Of a stretch of DNA of 64,000 nt, positions 9,901 through 17,718 are shown piece after piece. Position 1 is the first letter of the stretch. Every line of letters begins with the position of its first letter. The stretch comes from Acidobacteriota bacterium. GTDB lineage: Bacteria; Acidobacteriota; Thermoanaerobaculia; Multivoradales; JAHEKO01. Both the position numbers and the translations under genes were made by a program. Location: assembly GCA_022561975.1 (NCBI GenBank), contig JADFQD010000001.1:2915-66914 (forward strand), read 5' to 3'. Under the pieces are notes generated by a model that did no database searches, was not told the DNA's origin, and saw only the letters and a program-made list of their open reading frames with translations.

Positions 9901-11170
9901 CCGGGGTCTTCAGTCAATCGGTCTGCTCCTATTTCTCGGAACCATCGCAGCCCTCGGAGCCGGCGCGCTGGGCTGTGGACACAAAGCGCCGCCGTTCCCG
10001 CCGCCTCTCGAAAACCCGGCGCGAACTGCGGATCTCTCGATTCAGCAGCGCGGCCAGGCGGCGGTCCTGTCGTTCACCTATCCCCAGACCACGATTGCCG
10101 GTGGACTACTCGAACAGCTCGAGCGGGTCGAAGTGTACCGGACCAAAAAATCGGTGGCCGCGGTTGTCGGCGGCGAAGCACCCGATGAGGGCACCGAGGC
10201 AACTGAGCCCGATGAGGGCACCGAGGCAACCGAGCCCGATGAGGGCGCCGAGGCAACCGAGCCCGATGAGGGCGCCGAGGACGCTGAGCCCGACGAGGGC
10301 GCCGAGGCGACTGAGCCCAGCGAGGGACCCGAGAGCGCTCTTCCCGCACAGCCGCTCGAAGTCTTGGCGGCCGCCGACCCTGCCGAGTTCGTCGCCACGG
10401 CTCAGCTTGTCGATTCCTTCGACGATGCCGCCATCGAGCAGGCCACCCACGGCGGCAAGCTGACATTTCGGATCGCACTCGACCAAGCCGGCCACGAGGA
10501 AACGGCCCATACTTTCGCGGTCAAGACCTACGCCTCGGAGAAGCTGGTTTCGTCTTTTTCGAATCTCGTAACTCTGGTTCAACGCGTCCCGCCGCCACCG
10601 CCAACGGATTTCCAACTCACCGCTGAAGCCGACGGCATCAAGCTGGCCTGGGCTACGGTCGAAGATCCCGAGAATGCGCCGATCGCCATCGGAATCTACC
10701 GCCGTCCGACCCAAAGCCGGCTCTACGGCCAGCCACTGGCCCGACTCGAGGGCAGCGCCGGCGAGTATCTCGACCGCTCGGCGGTTTTCGGCGAACGCTA
10801 CATTTACGCGGTAACTGCGCTCGGCCACGAGACTCCGATCGTCGAGAGTTTTTTTGGCGGCGAACGTGAAATCGACTACGCCGACCGCTTCGCTCCCGCT
10901 CCGCCGACCCAGCTGATCGCTCTAGCCGAAGCCGGGCGCGTGCGCCTGCTTTGGAACGCGAGCATGGAAGAAGACGTCGTCGGCTACGTGGTCTTTCGGC
11001 GCCAGGCCCGGGGGAATTTTCGGCAACTAACCGACCAGCCGATTCTCGACGTCGAGTACAGCGACCGCACCGTCGAGACCGCTACGACCTACGACTATCG
11101 AATCGCGGCCGTCGATCGCGCCGGCAACCAGAGCGAGCAAGGCGCCAGCGTCATTGCGCGCGTGCCTTGA
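9890..11170 (+). CDS. Lipoprotein with acidic (P)DEG(T/A)EATE tandem repeats and C-terminal fibronectin-III-like domain
   Basis: Lipobox LGAGALGC|GHK after the signal peptide. Five near-perfect 8-aa repeats are present. The C-terminus ([17 protein letters not shown]...[15 protein letters not shown]) looks FN3/Ig-like. Confidence 0.6.
   Translation: MSSNRGLQSIGLLLFLGTIAALGAGALGCGHKAPPFPPPLENPARTADLSIQQRGQAAVLSFTYPQTTIAGGLLEQLERVEVYRTKKSVAAVVGGEAPDEGTEATEPDEGTEATEPDEGAEATEPDEGAEDAEPDEGAEATEPSEGPESALPAQPLEVLAAADPAEFVATAQLVDSFDDAAIEQATHGGKLTFRIALDQAGHEETAHTFAVKTYASEKLVSSFSNLVTLVQRVPPPPPTDFQLTAEADGIKLAWATVEDPENAPIAIGIYRRPTQSRLYGQPLARLEGSAGEYLDRSAVFGERYIYAVTALGHETPIVESFFGGEREIDYADRFAPAPPTQLIALAEAGRVRLLWNASMEEDVVGYVVFRRQARGNFRQLTDQPILDVEYSDRTVETATTYDYRIAAVDRAGNQSEQGASVIARVP
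10184..10327 (+). repeat. In-frame 24-bp tandem repeat (gatgagggc[a/g]ccgaggc[a/g]ac[t/c]gagccc) x ~6 inside the lipoprotein gene
   Basis: Directly visible near-identical 24-nt units encoding DEGTEATEP. Confidence 0.8.
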
Positions 11171-11188
11171 GGGCGGCGCACCGAAGCC

Positions 11189-12049
11189 ATGGCTCCCGAT
11201 CGGCCCGGGGTTCGCTTCTTCAAGATGTCCGGCGGCGGGAATGATTTCATCGCGGTCCAAGATCCGAGCTTTCTGACTCCGCATCACGTCGAGACCCTTT
11301 GCTCTCGAGGTCTCTCACTGGGCGCGGACGGTATGTTCTCGGTCGAACAGCTGGCGAGCGGCGAGGCGCCAACGGTGAAGATGACCTACTGCAACGCGGA
11401 CGGAACCCGGGCCCGTCTTTGCGTGAACGCGACTCGCTGCGCCGCCCTGCTGGCGTTTCACCTGGGCTGGGCCACCGATCGGGTTACGATGGTGACCGCC
11501 GCCGGCGAGATCAAGGCCGCCCGAACCGGCGAGTTCGAGGTCGCCCTCGAACTACCGCCGCCGCGGCGCGCGATCGAGAAAGCCGTGGAGGTCGAGGGCG
11601 ACGAGATCGTCGGCTGGTTCGTGGACACCGGGGTACCGCATTTCGTGCTCGAATGGCCGGAGAACCTGGCGGCGGCGCCGGTGGCTGAACTGGGTCCGGT
11701 ACTCCGCGAAGCGCCGGTGTTCGAGGCCGGCGCCAATGTTGACTTCGTCCGAATCGTGAGCCTCCACCGGCTCGAGATCAGAACCTTCGAGCGCGGCGTC
11801 GAAGGCGAAACGCTGTCCTGCGGAACCGGCGTCCTAGCGGCTGCCGCGGTCGCGGTTCAACTCGGGCGCGCGGACCTGCCTCTCCTGGCTCTCACCACCG
11901 GCGGATTTGAGCTTTCGGTGGACGGCTCGGTTGGCGAAGATGGGTCCATCGCCGCCTGGACGTTGGCCGGCGACGCCCGCCTGCTGGCCGAGGGTGTCCT
12001 CTCCGCAGGCGCTCTGGCGATTCCCGGCCCGCCACTCTGGAGCGATTAG
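11189..12049 (+). CDS. dapF: Diaminopimelate epimerase
   Basis: FFKMSGGGNDFIAV N-terminal motif. Both catalytic Cys regions are present: CVNATRCAALLA and SCGTGVLAAAAV. Confidence 0.85.
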   Translation: MAPDRPGVRFFKMSGGGNDFIAVQDPSFLTPHHVETLCSRGLSLGADGMFSVEQLASGEAPTVKMTYCNADGTRARLCVNATRCAALLAFHLGWATDRVTMVTAAGEIKAARTGEFEVALELPPPRRAIEKAVEVEGDEIVGWFVDTGVPHFVLEWPENLAAAPVAELGPVLREAPVFEAGANVDFVRIVSLHRLEIRTFERGVEGETLSCGTGVLAAAAVAVQLGRADLPLLALTTGGFELSVDGSVGEDGSIAAWTLAGDARLLAEGVLSAGALAIPGPPLWSD

Positions 12050-12081
12050 GCCCTGTTGGTGCGTGGTAAGCTACTCGACCG

Positions 12082-13302
12082 ATGTCGCCCGAGTTTCCGC
12101 CCGTAGATGAGCAGATCGCGCTCATCTCTCGCGGCGCCGTCGACCTAGTCGACGAGGACCAGCTTCGGCGCAAACTCGAGCGCTCTCGCAAAACCGCCAC
12201 TCCGCTGATCGTCAAGACCGGCTTCGACGCCTCGGCGCCGGATCTCCATCTCGGTCACAGCGTCTTGCTTCAAAAGATGAAGCACTTTCAGGACCTCGGC
12301 CATCGAGTGATCTTCTTGATCGGCGACTTCACGGCAATGATCGGCGATCCGAGCGGCAAGAAGGCGACCCGTCCGCAACTCACCGCCGAGGAGGTCCGAA
12401 CCAACTCCGAGACCTATGCCCAGCAGGTCTTCCACATCCTGGACCGCGAGCGCACCGAGATCGGCTACAACAGCAAGTGGCTCGATGCGCTCGGATCGGC
12501 CGGGATCATCAAGCTCGCCGGACGCTACACCCTGGCTCGCATGATGGAGCGGGATGACTTCAAGAAACGCTTCCGCAACAAGGTGGCGATTTCGATTCAT
12601 GAACTTCTCTATCCCCTGCTCCAGGGCTACGACTCGATCGCTCTCGAGGCCGACGTCGAACTCGGCGGCTCGGACCAACTGGTGAACCTCCTGGTCGGTC
12701 GCGACCTGATGAAGGAAGAGGGACTCGAGCCTCAGGTGATTTTGACCGTGCCGCTTCTGGTCGGAACCGACGGGGTCGAGAAGATGTCGAAGAGCCTGGG
12801 TAACGCCATCGGTCTCGAAGAGCGGGCTTCGGAGATCTTCGGCAAGACGATGTCGATCCCGGACGACCTCATGTGGGACTGGTTCCTGCTTCTGACCGAT
12901 GAACCCGAGAGTGAGATCTCCCGGCGCAAACAGCGTGTCGCCTCGGGCGAGCTGCACCCGAAAGCGCTCAAGCAAGAACTGGCACGCCGCCTGACCGCTC
13001 GTTACCGCGGAGAGGAGGCGGCGGCCAAGGCCCTCGCAGAGTTCGAGAGCGTGTTCGCGAAAGGCGGGGTGCCCGACGACCTCCCAAGCGCTGAGATCGA
13101 GGGCGAGATCGCGCTCGCCAAGGCCGTCTCACAGCTCGACCTCGCGGCCAGCAACCGTGAGGCCCAGCGACTGGTTCAGCAGGGTGCGGTATCGGTAGAC
13201 GACGAGAAGGCCATGGATCCGTTCGCGGTTCTGGCTCCTCGCTCGCAACCCTACCTGCTGCGAGTCGGCAAACGCCGGTTTCTCAACCTGACCGTGCGGT
13301 GA
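12082..13302 (+). CDS. tyrS: Tyrosine--tRNA ligase (with C-terminal S4 domain)
   Basis: HIGH-class motif (PDLHLGHSVLL), KMSKS motif (EKMSKSLGNAI), and a C-terminal S4-like region (AVSQLDLAASNREAQRLVQQGAVSVDDEK). Confidence 0.9.
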   Translation: MSPEFPPVDEQIALISRGAVDLVDEDQLRRKLERSRKTATPLIVKTGFDASAPDLHLGHSVLLQKMKHFQDLGHRVIFLIGDFTAMIGDPSGKKATRPQLTAEEVRTNSETYAQQVFHILDRERTEIGYNSKWLDALGSAGIIKLAGRYTLARMMERDDFKKRFRNKVAISIHELLYPLLQGYDSIALEADVELGGSDQLVNLLVGRDLMKEEGLEPQVILTVPLLVGTDGVEKMSKSLGNAIGLEERASEIFGKTMSIPDDLMWDWFLLLTDEPESEISRRKQRVASGELHPKALKQELARRLTARYRGEEAAAKALAEFESVFAKGGVPDDLPSAEIEGEIALAKAVSQLDLAASNREAQRLVQQGAVSVDDEKAMDPFAVLAPRSQPYLLRVGKRRFLNLTVR

Positions 13303-14237
13303 TCGCGACATCCGGCGCGGCCTCCAGGGCTACTCTCCGTCCGCGGGCATGCTTCTTCGGCGCGATCCCGCGGAGCTACGAGCAGCTGAACCGCGATCTG
13401 CTGACGCTTGCGCCTATCCCTTCTCCCAAGCCCGCGCCTGCGGATCCAACCGGCTTTCAAGCTGCAGCGACAACCCTGGATCTCAACCGAGTGGTCAAGG
13501 TGGTGCCTTTGACGACACCGATTCCACCCAGTCTCAGCTCGGCTGCCATCCTCGGCATGGAACGATTGCGCGACCTGGGCGTCTTGACGGCTCTGCGTGG
13601 CGACAGAGCGACCGACCTGCCGCGCCCCAGTGGCGGCCGCCTCGCGAAAGACATTCGAAGCGACGCACCCGGCCTGATCGAGTTGGTCGAGCACATCGAA
13701 GGCGGCCTCTCGGGCAGCCATCTCTTTGTCCGCTCGATCAAGCTCGATCGCGCCCGCGCCTCGACTACGGCGGCCTCGAGCGACCCGGCGGCCGCAAATC
13801 TTCACTTCGACGCCGAGCGCAGCAGCCTGACCGAGTACTCAGAACCGGTGTTTCAATTCTACCTGAACGCCGGGCGGCTCGAACGGCAGTTTCGCATTCT
13901 GCCCGTGCTTCGAGAGGATCTCTTGGCCGGCTTCGGAGCATCCGACCGCCGGACGACCCCGTTCGAGACGCTGCTCGAGCACTATCTGGCTCGGCACCCT
14001 CCCATCTTCGAGACCATCCCCATCGAGTCCGGTGCCCTGGCGATCTTCGACGGCCGCCAATTCGCCCACGATGCCGGCAAGGCCGATGTCGAAGCGCTGG
14101 CCGCCGGCCGGTTCCAGCCGTCTTCGGAGCCCGATCTCGTGATCGCTCTCGACACCGTCGAGACCGGCTACCATCAGGGCCTCTACCAACCGGAGCAGCC
14201 GTTTTTCGAAGATCGGGGAACCCCGGGAACCCAATAA
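13299..14237 (+). CDS. Hypothetical protein with HxD...H motif (possible Fe(II)/2-oxoglutarate-type oxygenase, KdoO-like?)
   Basis: GTG start overlapping the tyrS stop (GTGA). Motif NLHFDAE ... 85 aa ... FAHDAG. No other recognisable signature, and the functional guess is weak. Confidence 0.5.
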   Translation: MIATSGAASRATLRPRACFFGAIPRSYEQLNRDLLTLAPIPSPKPAPADPTGFQAAATTLDLNRVVKVVPLTTPIPPSLSSAAILGMERLRDLGVLTALRGDRATDLPRPSGGRLAKDIRSDAPGLIELVEHIEGGLSGSHLFVRSIKLDRARASTTAASSDPAAANLHFDAERSSLTEYSEPVFQFYLNAGRLERQFRILPVLREDLLAGFGASDRRTTPFETLLEHYLARHPPIFETIPIESGALAIFDGRQFAHDAGKADVEALAAGRFQPSSEPDLVIALDTVETGYHQGLYQPEQPFFEDRGTPGTQ

Positions 14238-14245
14238 TTCGACCA

Positions 14246-14923
14246 ATGCCCAAGTTCAAGTGTACCGTCTGCGACGTCGAATTCGACGTACCGAAACCGG
14301 CGCTGGACAAGTACCCGGGCTGGGAGCCCAAGTACTGCCGCGAACACTCACCTGCCGACAAAGGGGCCAAGAAGCGCGTGGCCGGCTCCGGTTCGAGAGC
14401 CAAAAGAAGGGCCTCGAGACGAACCGGAACCCGCCCGGAAGAAAATCTCACGCTGGCCCAAGTCCTGGCCAAGTACGCCACCGGGCCCGATTCGGGCGTC
14501 TTCACCGACGGCAGCTCGAGCCCCAACCCCGGGCCCGGCGGCTGGGGCTGGGTCTGGGTCGAGAACGGAGAAATCCTCGGTCAGGGGCACGGCCACGAGT
14601 CCGGCACCACCACCAACAACCGGATGGAATTCAGCGCTCTCATCGACGCCTACAAGACCCTCCCCGAGGACACCCGGGTCACGGTCCATTCCGACAGCCG
14701 GCTGTGCGTCAACACCATCACCCAATGGGCGCCCCGGTGGGAGCGGAATGGCTGGAAGCGCAAGGGCGACCCCCTGAAGAACCTCGACCTGGTCAAGGAA
14801 CTCCTGCGGCTCTACCGGGCGCACCCGAAGTGCAAGTTGGTTTGGATCGCCGCCCACTCGGGTGACCGCTGGAACGAGTACGCGGATTCGCTGGCGACCG
14901 CCTGGATGCGGGACTCCGTCTGA
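14246..14923 (+). CDS. rnhA: Ribonuclease HI with ~95-aa N-terminal Cys-rich (zinc-ribbon-like) basic extension
   Basis: The catalytic domain starts at GVFTDGSSSPNPGPGGWGWVWV, followed by TNNRMEFSALIDAY...VTVHSDSRL...WIAAHSGDRWNEYADSLA (D-E-D-D). The N-terminus is MPKFKCTVCDVEF...PKYCREH followed by a Lys/Arg-rich linker. Confidence 0.85.
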   Translation: MPKFKCTVCDVEFDVPKPALDKYPGWEPKYCREHSPADKGAKKRVAGSGSRAKRRASRRTGTRPEENLTLAQVLAKYATGPDSGVFTDGSSSPNPGPGGWGWVWVENGEILGQGHGHESGTTTNNRMEFSALIDAYKTLPEDTRVTVHSDSRLCVNTITQWAPRWERNGWKRKGDPLKNLDLVKELLRLYRAHPKCKLVWIAAHSGDRWNEYADSLATAWMRDSV

Positions 14924-14946
14924 AGAAGGCAGCGGCACTCGAGGGA

Positions 14947-15213
14947 CTACTCGTAGTGCGCCCACATGCGGAGCACCTTGACGGTTCGCTCCTTCTTCAA
15001 CACCTGGTAGACGAGACGGTGCTGAATATTGATCCGCCGCGAATAGGCACCGGCAAAATCACCGATGAGCTTCTCGAACGGCGGCGGCTTGCGAAAAGGA
15101 TCCTCCGAAAGCAGATCCAGCAGAAACTCGGCCTTGGGTCTCAGCCCGGAGGACGAGAGTTTCTTGGCGTCTCTCGCGGCTTGGCGGGTATAGACAACCC
15201 TCCAGCGCCTCAC
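14947..15213 (-). CDS. yoeB: Type II toxin YoeB/Txe family (GTG start overlapping yefM stop)
   Basis: YSRRINIQHRLVYQV and RMWAHYE match YoeB WSRRITEEHRLVYAV / CRYHY. There is a 4-nt GTGA overlap with the upstream antitoxin. Confidence 0.85.
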   Translation of the reverse strand: MRRWRVVYTRQAARDAKKLSSSGLRPKAEFLLDLLSEDPFRKPPPFEKLIGDFAGAYSRRINIQHRLVYQVLKKERTVKVLRMWAHYE

Positions 15214-15452
15214 CAGTCGAGTTTCTCGACGCAGTCGTCGAGAGGAGTCTTCAGGCCTTCGCGGATCGAGTCGGCCATGCCCGAAAGCGAAACCAGGTAG
15301 ACCGTTTCTTCGAGTGCCCGCCAATCGTCCTCAGAAACGAGGACGGCATTCGCTCGTTTCCCGGTGATCTGGACGGGCTCGTTGGTCACGGCAACCTCGT
15401 CGAGAAGTCGGTAGAGGTTCTTTCGAGCCTCGGTCGCTTTGATGGTTTTCAT
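15210..15452 (-). CDS. yefM: Type II antitoxin YefM/Phd family
   Basis: MKTIKATEARKNLYRLLDEV...WRALEETVYL matches the YefM/Phd fold signature (LEET.YL). Paired with yoeB. Confidence 0.85.
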   Translation of the reverse strand: MKTIKATEARKNLYRLLDEVAVTNEPVQITGKRANAVLVSEDDWRALEETVYLVSLSGMADSIREGLKTPLDDCVEKLDW

Positions 15453-15594
15453 GACTCGACGAAGCGTACGTTAAATGGTACGCCGGCGTCAATCGGTCCC
15501 TGCGATTGGTAACTGCCGGGAGACCGACGCCGCTGGTGGAGACCGACTCGGCAGCCGGCGTTCCGAGCCCCTCGGACGGGCACATTGCCCATCG

Positions 15595-15804
15595 CTACCC
15601 CACCATCACCAACTGCGTACCGACGAACTCCACTTCGAGCTGAGGCTCACCATCCTCCAAGAGAAGTCCGATCACCTCCTGCAGATTCAGGTTGAGCTTA
15701 TCCAGGCTTGCTGCTTGGCTATGGGCACCAGGAAATCCTGGGACGTGGCCGACGTAGAGCCCGGTGTCAGGGCACTTTTCTACAATGGCGGTATAGGTCC
15801 TCAT
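15595..15804 (-). CDS. HicB-like antitoxin family (UPF0150) small protein, apparently orphan
   Basis: MRTYTAIVEKCPDTGLYVGHVPGFPGAHSQAASLDKLNLNLQEVIGLLLEDGE fits the HicB-like/UPF0150 pattern. No HicA-like ORF was found on either side by hand translation. Confidence 0.65.
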   Translation of the reverse strand: MRTYTAIVEKCPDTGLYVGHVPGFPGAHSQAASLDKLNLNLQEVIGLLLEDGEPQLEVEFVGTQLVMVG

Positions 15805-16141
15805 GGATCGATGCTCCCTACTCATCCTAGCAGCGTTGGAACACCAGAGAGCCCGGGATCGATCCGCCTTCGCGAGGTCCAGCCAAACACACTAGCTCGG
15901 GCCGCGGATCGTCTCGCCTCAATTACGCCTCGGTTACGAAAGCGAACTCGAAAAAGTCAATCCTTACGAGGCCTCAGCGAAAAGGGTGGAACCTTTCCCC
16001 CCGGGGAACCGAACGGCGCCAAGGAGGCGCGAAGCGGCGGGCTGGTGTTCGGTGAAGCGATCCGGTTGGGCGCCGGTTCAGATGGCCGCCACCGATCCGA
16101 TACCTGCCTCTGGCCAGGCTTGGGGCGGTGAGGTTCGGTTC

Positions 16142-17095
16142 TCATCTCCAATGAAGCCGTGTCCTCTGGCGGATGAATCCGGCGAGACCGTGCATATCCG
16201 GGAACAGCGACTGTTCGTGAATGTTCATCTGGAACAAGTGTCGTTCTATCTCTCGAGTCAGACCGACAGGGATGTCGCAAGCACGGCGCCAATCGCTGGA
16301 CTGCGCCATCATCTTCTTCAGCGATTCCCCAAGGCTGAGATCCTCTGCGAAGTTGAGAAGGAACAGACCTTGTTGGCTTACCAGCCTCGGATTGAAGGAT
16401 GGCGGTGGAGCCATGCATGTACACCCGATCCGATTCAGCTCCCCTCTGAAAGTACCGGTTGCCGACAGTGCATCGGCGATCGCTGTCTGCAAGCCTGCGG
16501 TCTCATCAACTATGCTATCCCGGTCGGTGGCGAAATCGTCTGTGTCGAGGCTTACCACTGACGGTCGGTAGGACCCTTTGCGACGCCGATCCTCAAATGA
16601 CGCGTTCCAAGTTGCGGCCCGGAAGCGCCTATTCACCTCCTCGGCATTGATGGCCCACAGACGAACGTGAGTCCTGTTGGCTGAAGCAGCGCCGTCTCGT
16701 ATCGCGAAGTAAAGGGCCACAAAGGGTGAGTAGGTGAAATCAAGCAATCTCGTAGTGATCGCATAGTGCTGCATCTGAGCGAGCCAAGTCAGTTCATCTT
16801 CAGGGATTAAGGATGGGCTCAGATGTGATCGTGCGCGCGCTTTGAACTCAGTCGATACGAGCTCCTCAAGCGCCGCCCACCCCATGCTCTTGTCTGAAGC
16901 TTCTCGCTCGATCGACGGCTCCAGTTCGTACGATGAGTCTCTCAGCCCTCTGAATGCCCACGTAGCGGCAGCTACGGAACCCTCTAGGTCGATTGACGTC
17001 TCAGGTGGCGAGAAGCCACTTAGGTACTCTAGGATCTCGGTCCAGCTCGAGAGGCGTAGAACTTCTGGCTGAGGTTCTCCTGTCTTCCGTTCCAT
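16142..17095 (-). CDS. FRG-domain protein (PF08867-like) of unknown function, in lower-GC islet
   Basis: AFRGLRDSSYELEPSIER and WLAQMQHYAITTRLLDFTYSPFVALYFA match the FRG domain consensus (FRGq...W.L.PSl.R ... QHYGlPTRLLDWT.SP.vAlyFA). Local GC is about 53% versus about 67% for the flanks. Confidence 0.75.
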   Translation of the reverse strand: MERKTGEPQPEVLRLSSWTEILEYLSGFSPPETSIDLEGSVAAATWAFRGLRDSSYELEPSIEREASDKSMGWAALEELVSTEFKARARSHLSPSLIPEDELTWLAQMQHYAITTRLLDFTYSPFVALYFAIRDGAASANRTHVRLWAINAEEVNRRFRAATWNASFEDRRRKGSYRPSVVSLDTDDFATDRDSIVDETAGLQTAIADALSATGTFRGELNRIGCTCMAPPPSFNPRLVSQQGLFLLNFAEDLSLGESLKKMMAQSSDWRRACDIPVGLTREIERHLFQMNIHEQSLFPDMHGLAGFIRQRTRLHWR

Positions 17096-17518
17096 CTTCT
17101 ACTTTCGCCTGTGCGGTTCCTTCCGTGGGAGCGCCTAACATGTTAATCGACGTCCACTTGGCGGACGCCAACGGTGAATCAAGTGCTGCATGAAGTGATC
17201 GTGGAGCTGGACCAGATCCCGCGACGAAGCCCCCGGGCGCCTAGGTTCTTTCGGGGGTTCCTGGTCCAATCGTACAACTTTTATGAGTCGGCTCGTACGG
17301 CGATAAAGCACGGGCATTCGGAACCCACGATAACGCGGCGGTAAACGTTTCGTCGTCATAACCGGACGAGGTCGCGACCCCAGAGCCGCGGGAGGCGAAG
17401 GAACCTGCGGCCCATCCAAACCCACTGGAAACAAGACGGTCGACACGGAGGTCGACCGCTACAAAGGCGCCCCGCCGGGCTTCACCTGGGAGGATAAACG
17501 CGGCAGGTGCGAGTCGGG

Positions 17519-17552
17519 GGAGGGGGACACCTAGGAAAGGTGTCCCCGAAGC
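17519..17552. repeat. REP-like palindromic element (copy 2): GGGGACACCtaggaaaGGTGTCCCC
   Basis: Perfect 9-bp stem hairpin. It shares the GGGGACACC and ctagg/ggaaa modules with the element at 4953-5008. Confidence 0.5.
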
Positions 17553-17593
17553 CCCGCGACCCGACGGCGCCGGAGGCCTCCCGCCACCTGGAT

Positions 17594-17718
17594 CTGAGGC
17601 GGCGTTATTGCCTTCAGATGCTAGGCGCGCGACGTGAGGGCGACGCAGGCGTACTCAACGTACGCCGAGGAGGCCGAACGAGCACAACGACGCAGATGAG
17701 GGCAATAACGTCGCCTCA
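17594..17718 (-). terminator. Long imperfect inverted repeat (22-nt arms ctgaggcg[g/a]cgttattgcc[t/c]tc) immediately downstream of nrdB stop; candidate terminator / structured RNA
   Basis: Arm ctgaggcggcgttattgccttcag (~17594-17617) is the reverse complement of gagggcaataacgtcgcctcag (~17697-17718) with 2 mismatches. They enclose about 80 nt, including a smaller gcgtac-tcaac-gtacgc palindrome. Confidence 0.35.

Noticed and set aside
10184-10327. Possible CRISPR-like array
   Set aside because: The 24-bp units are contiguous with no spacers and in-frame within a CDS encoding DEGTEATEP repeats. This is a coding tandem repeat, not CRISPR.
12049-12082. T-box leader for tyrS
   Set aside because: Only about 33 nt separate dapF and tyrS, which is far too short for a T-box riboswitch.
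13349-14923. 524-aa plus ORF spanning the hypothetical gene and rnhA
   Set aside because: Its N-terminal 300 aa are an out-of-frame overlap of the 13299-14237 gene and are Arg/Pro-rich. The real rnhA starts at the ATG at 14246, where the zinc-ribbon-like segment and a Shine-Dalgarno begin.
15453-15990. HicA toxin partner for the HicB-like gene
   Set aside because: All three minus-strand frames on both sides of 15595-15804 were hand-translated. No 55-75-aa ORF with a start codon or HicA-like sequence (GSHxxxxHP) was found.
15475-16131. 218-aa plus-strand ORF
   Set aside because: It runs antisense across the HicB-like gene and intergenic DNA. It has no motifs and implausible composition.
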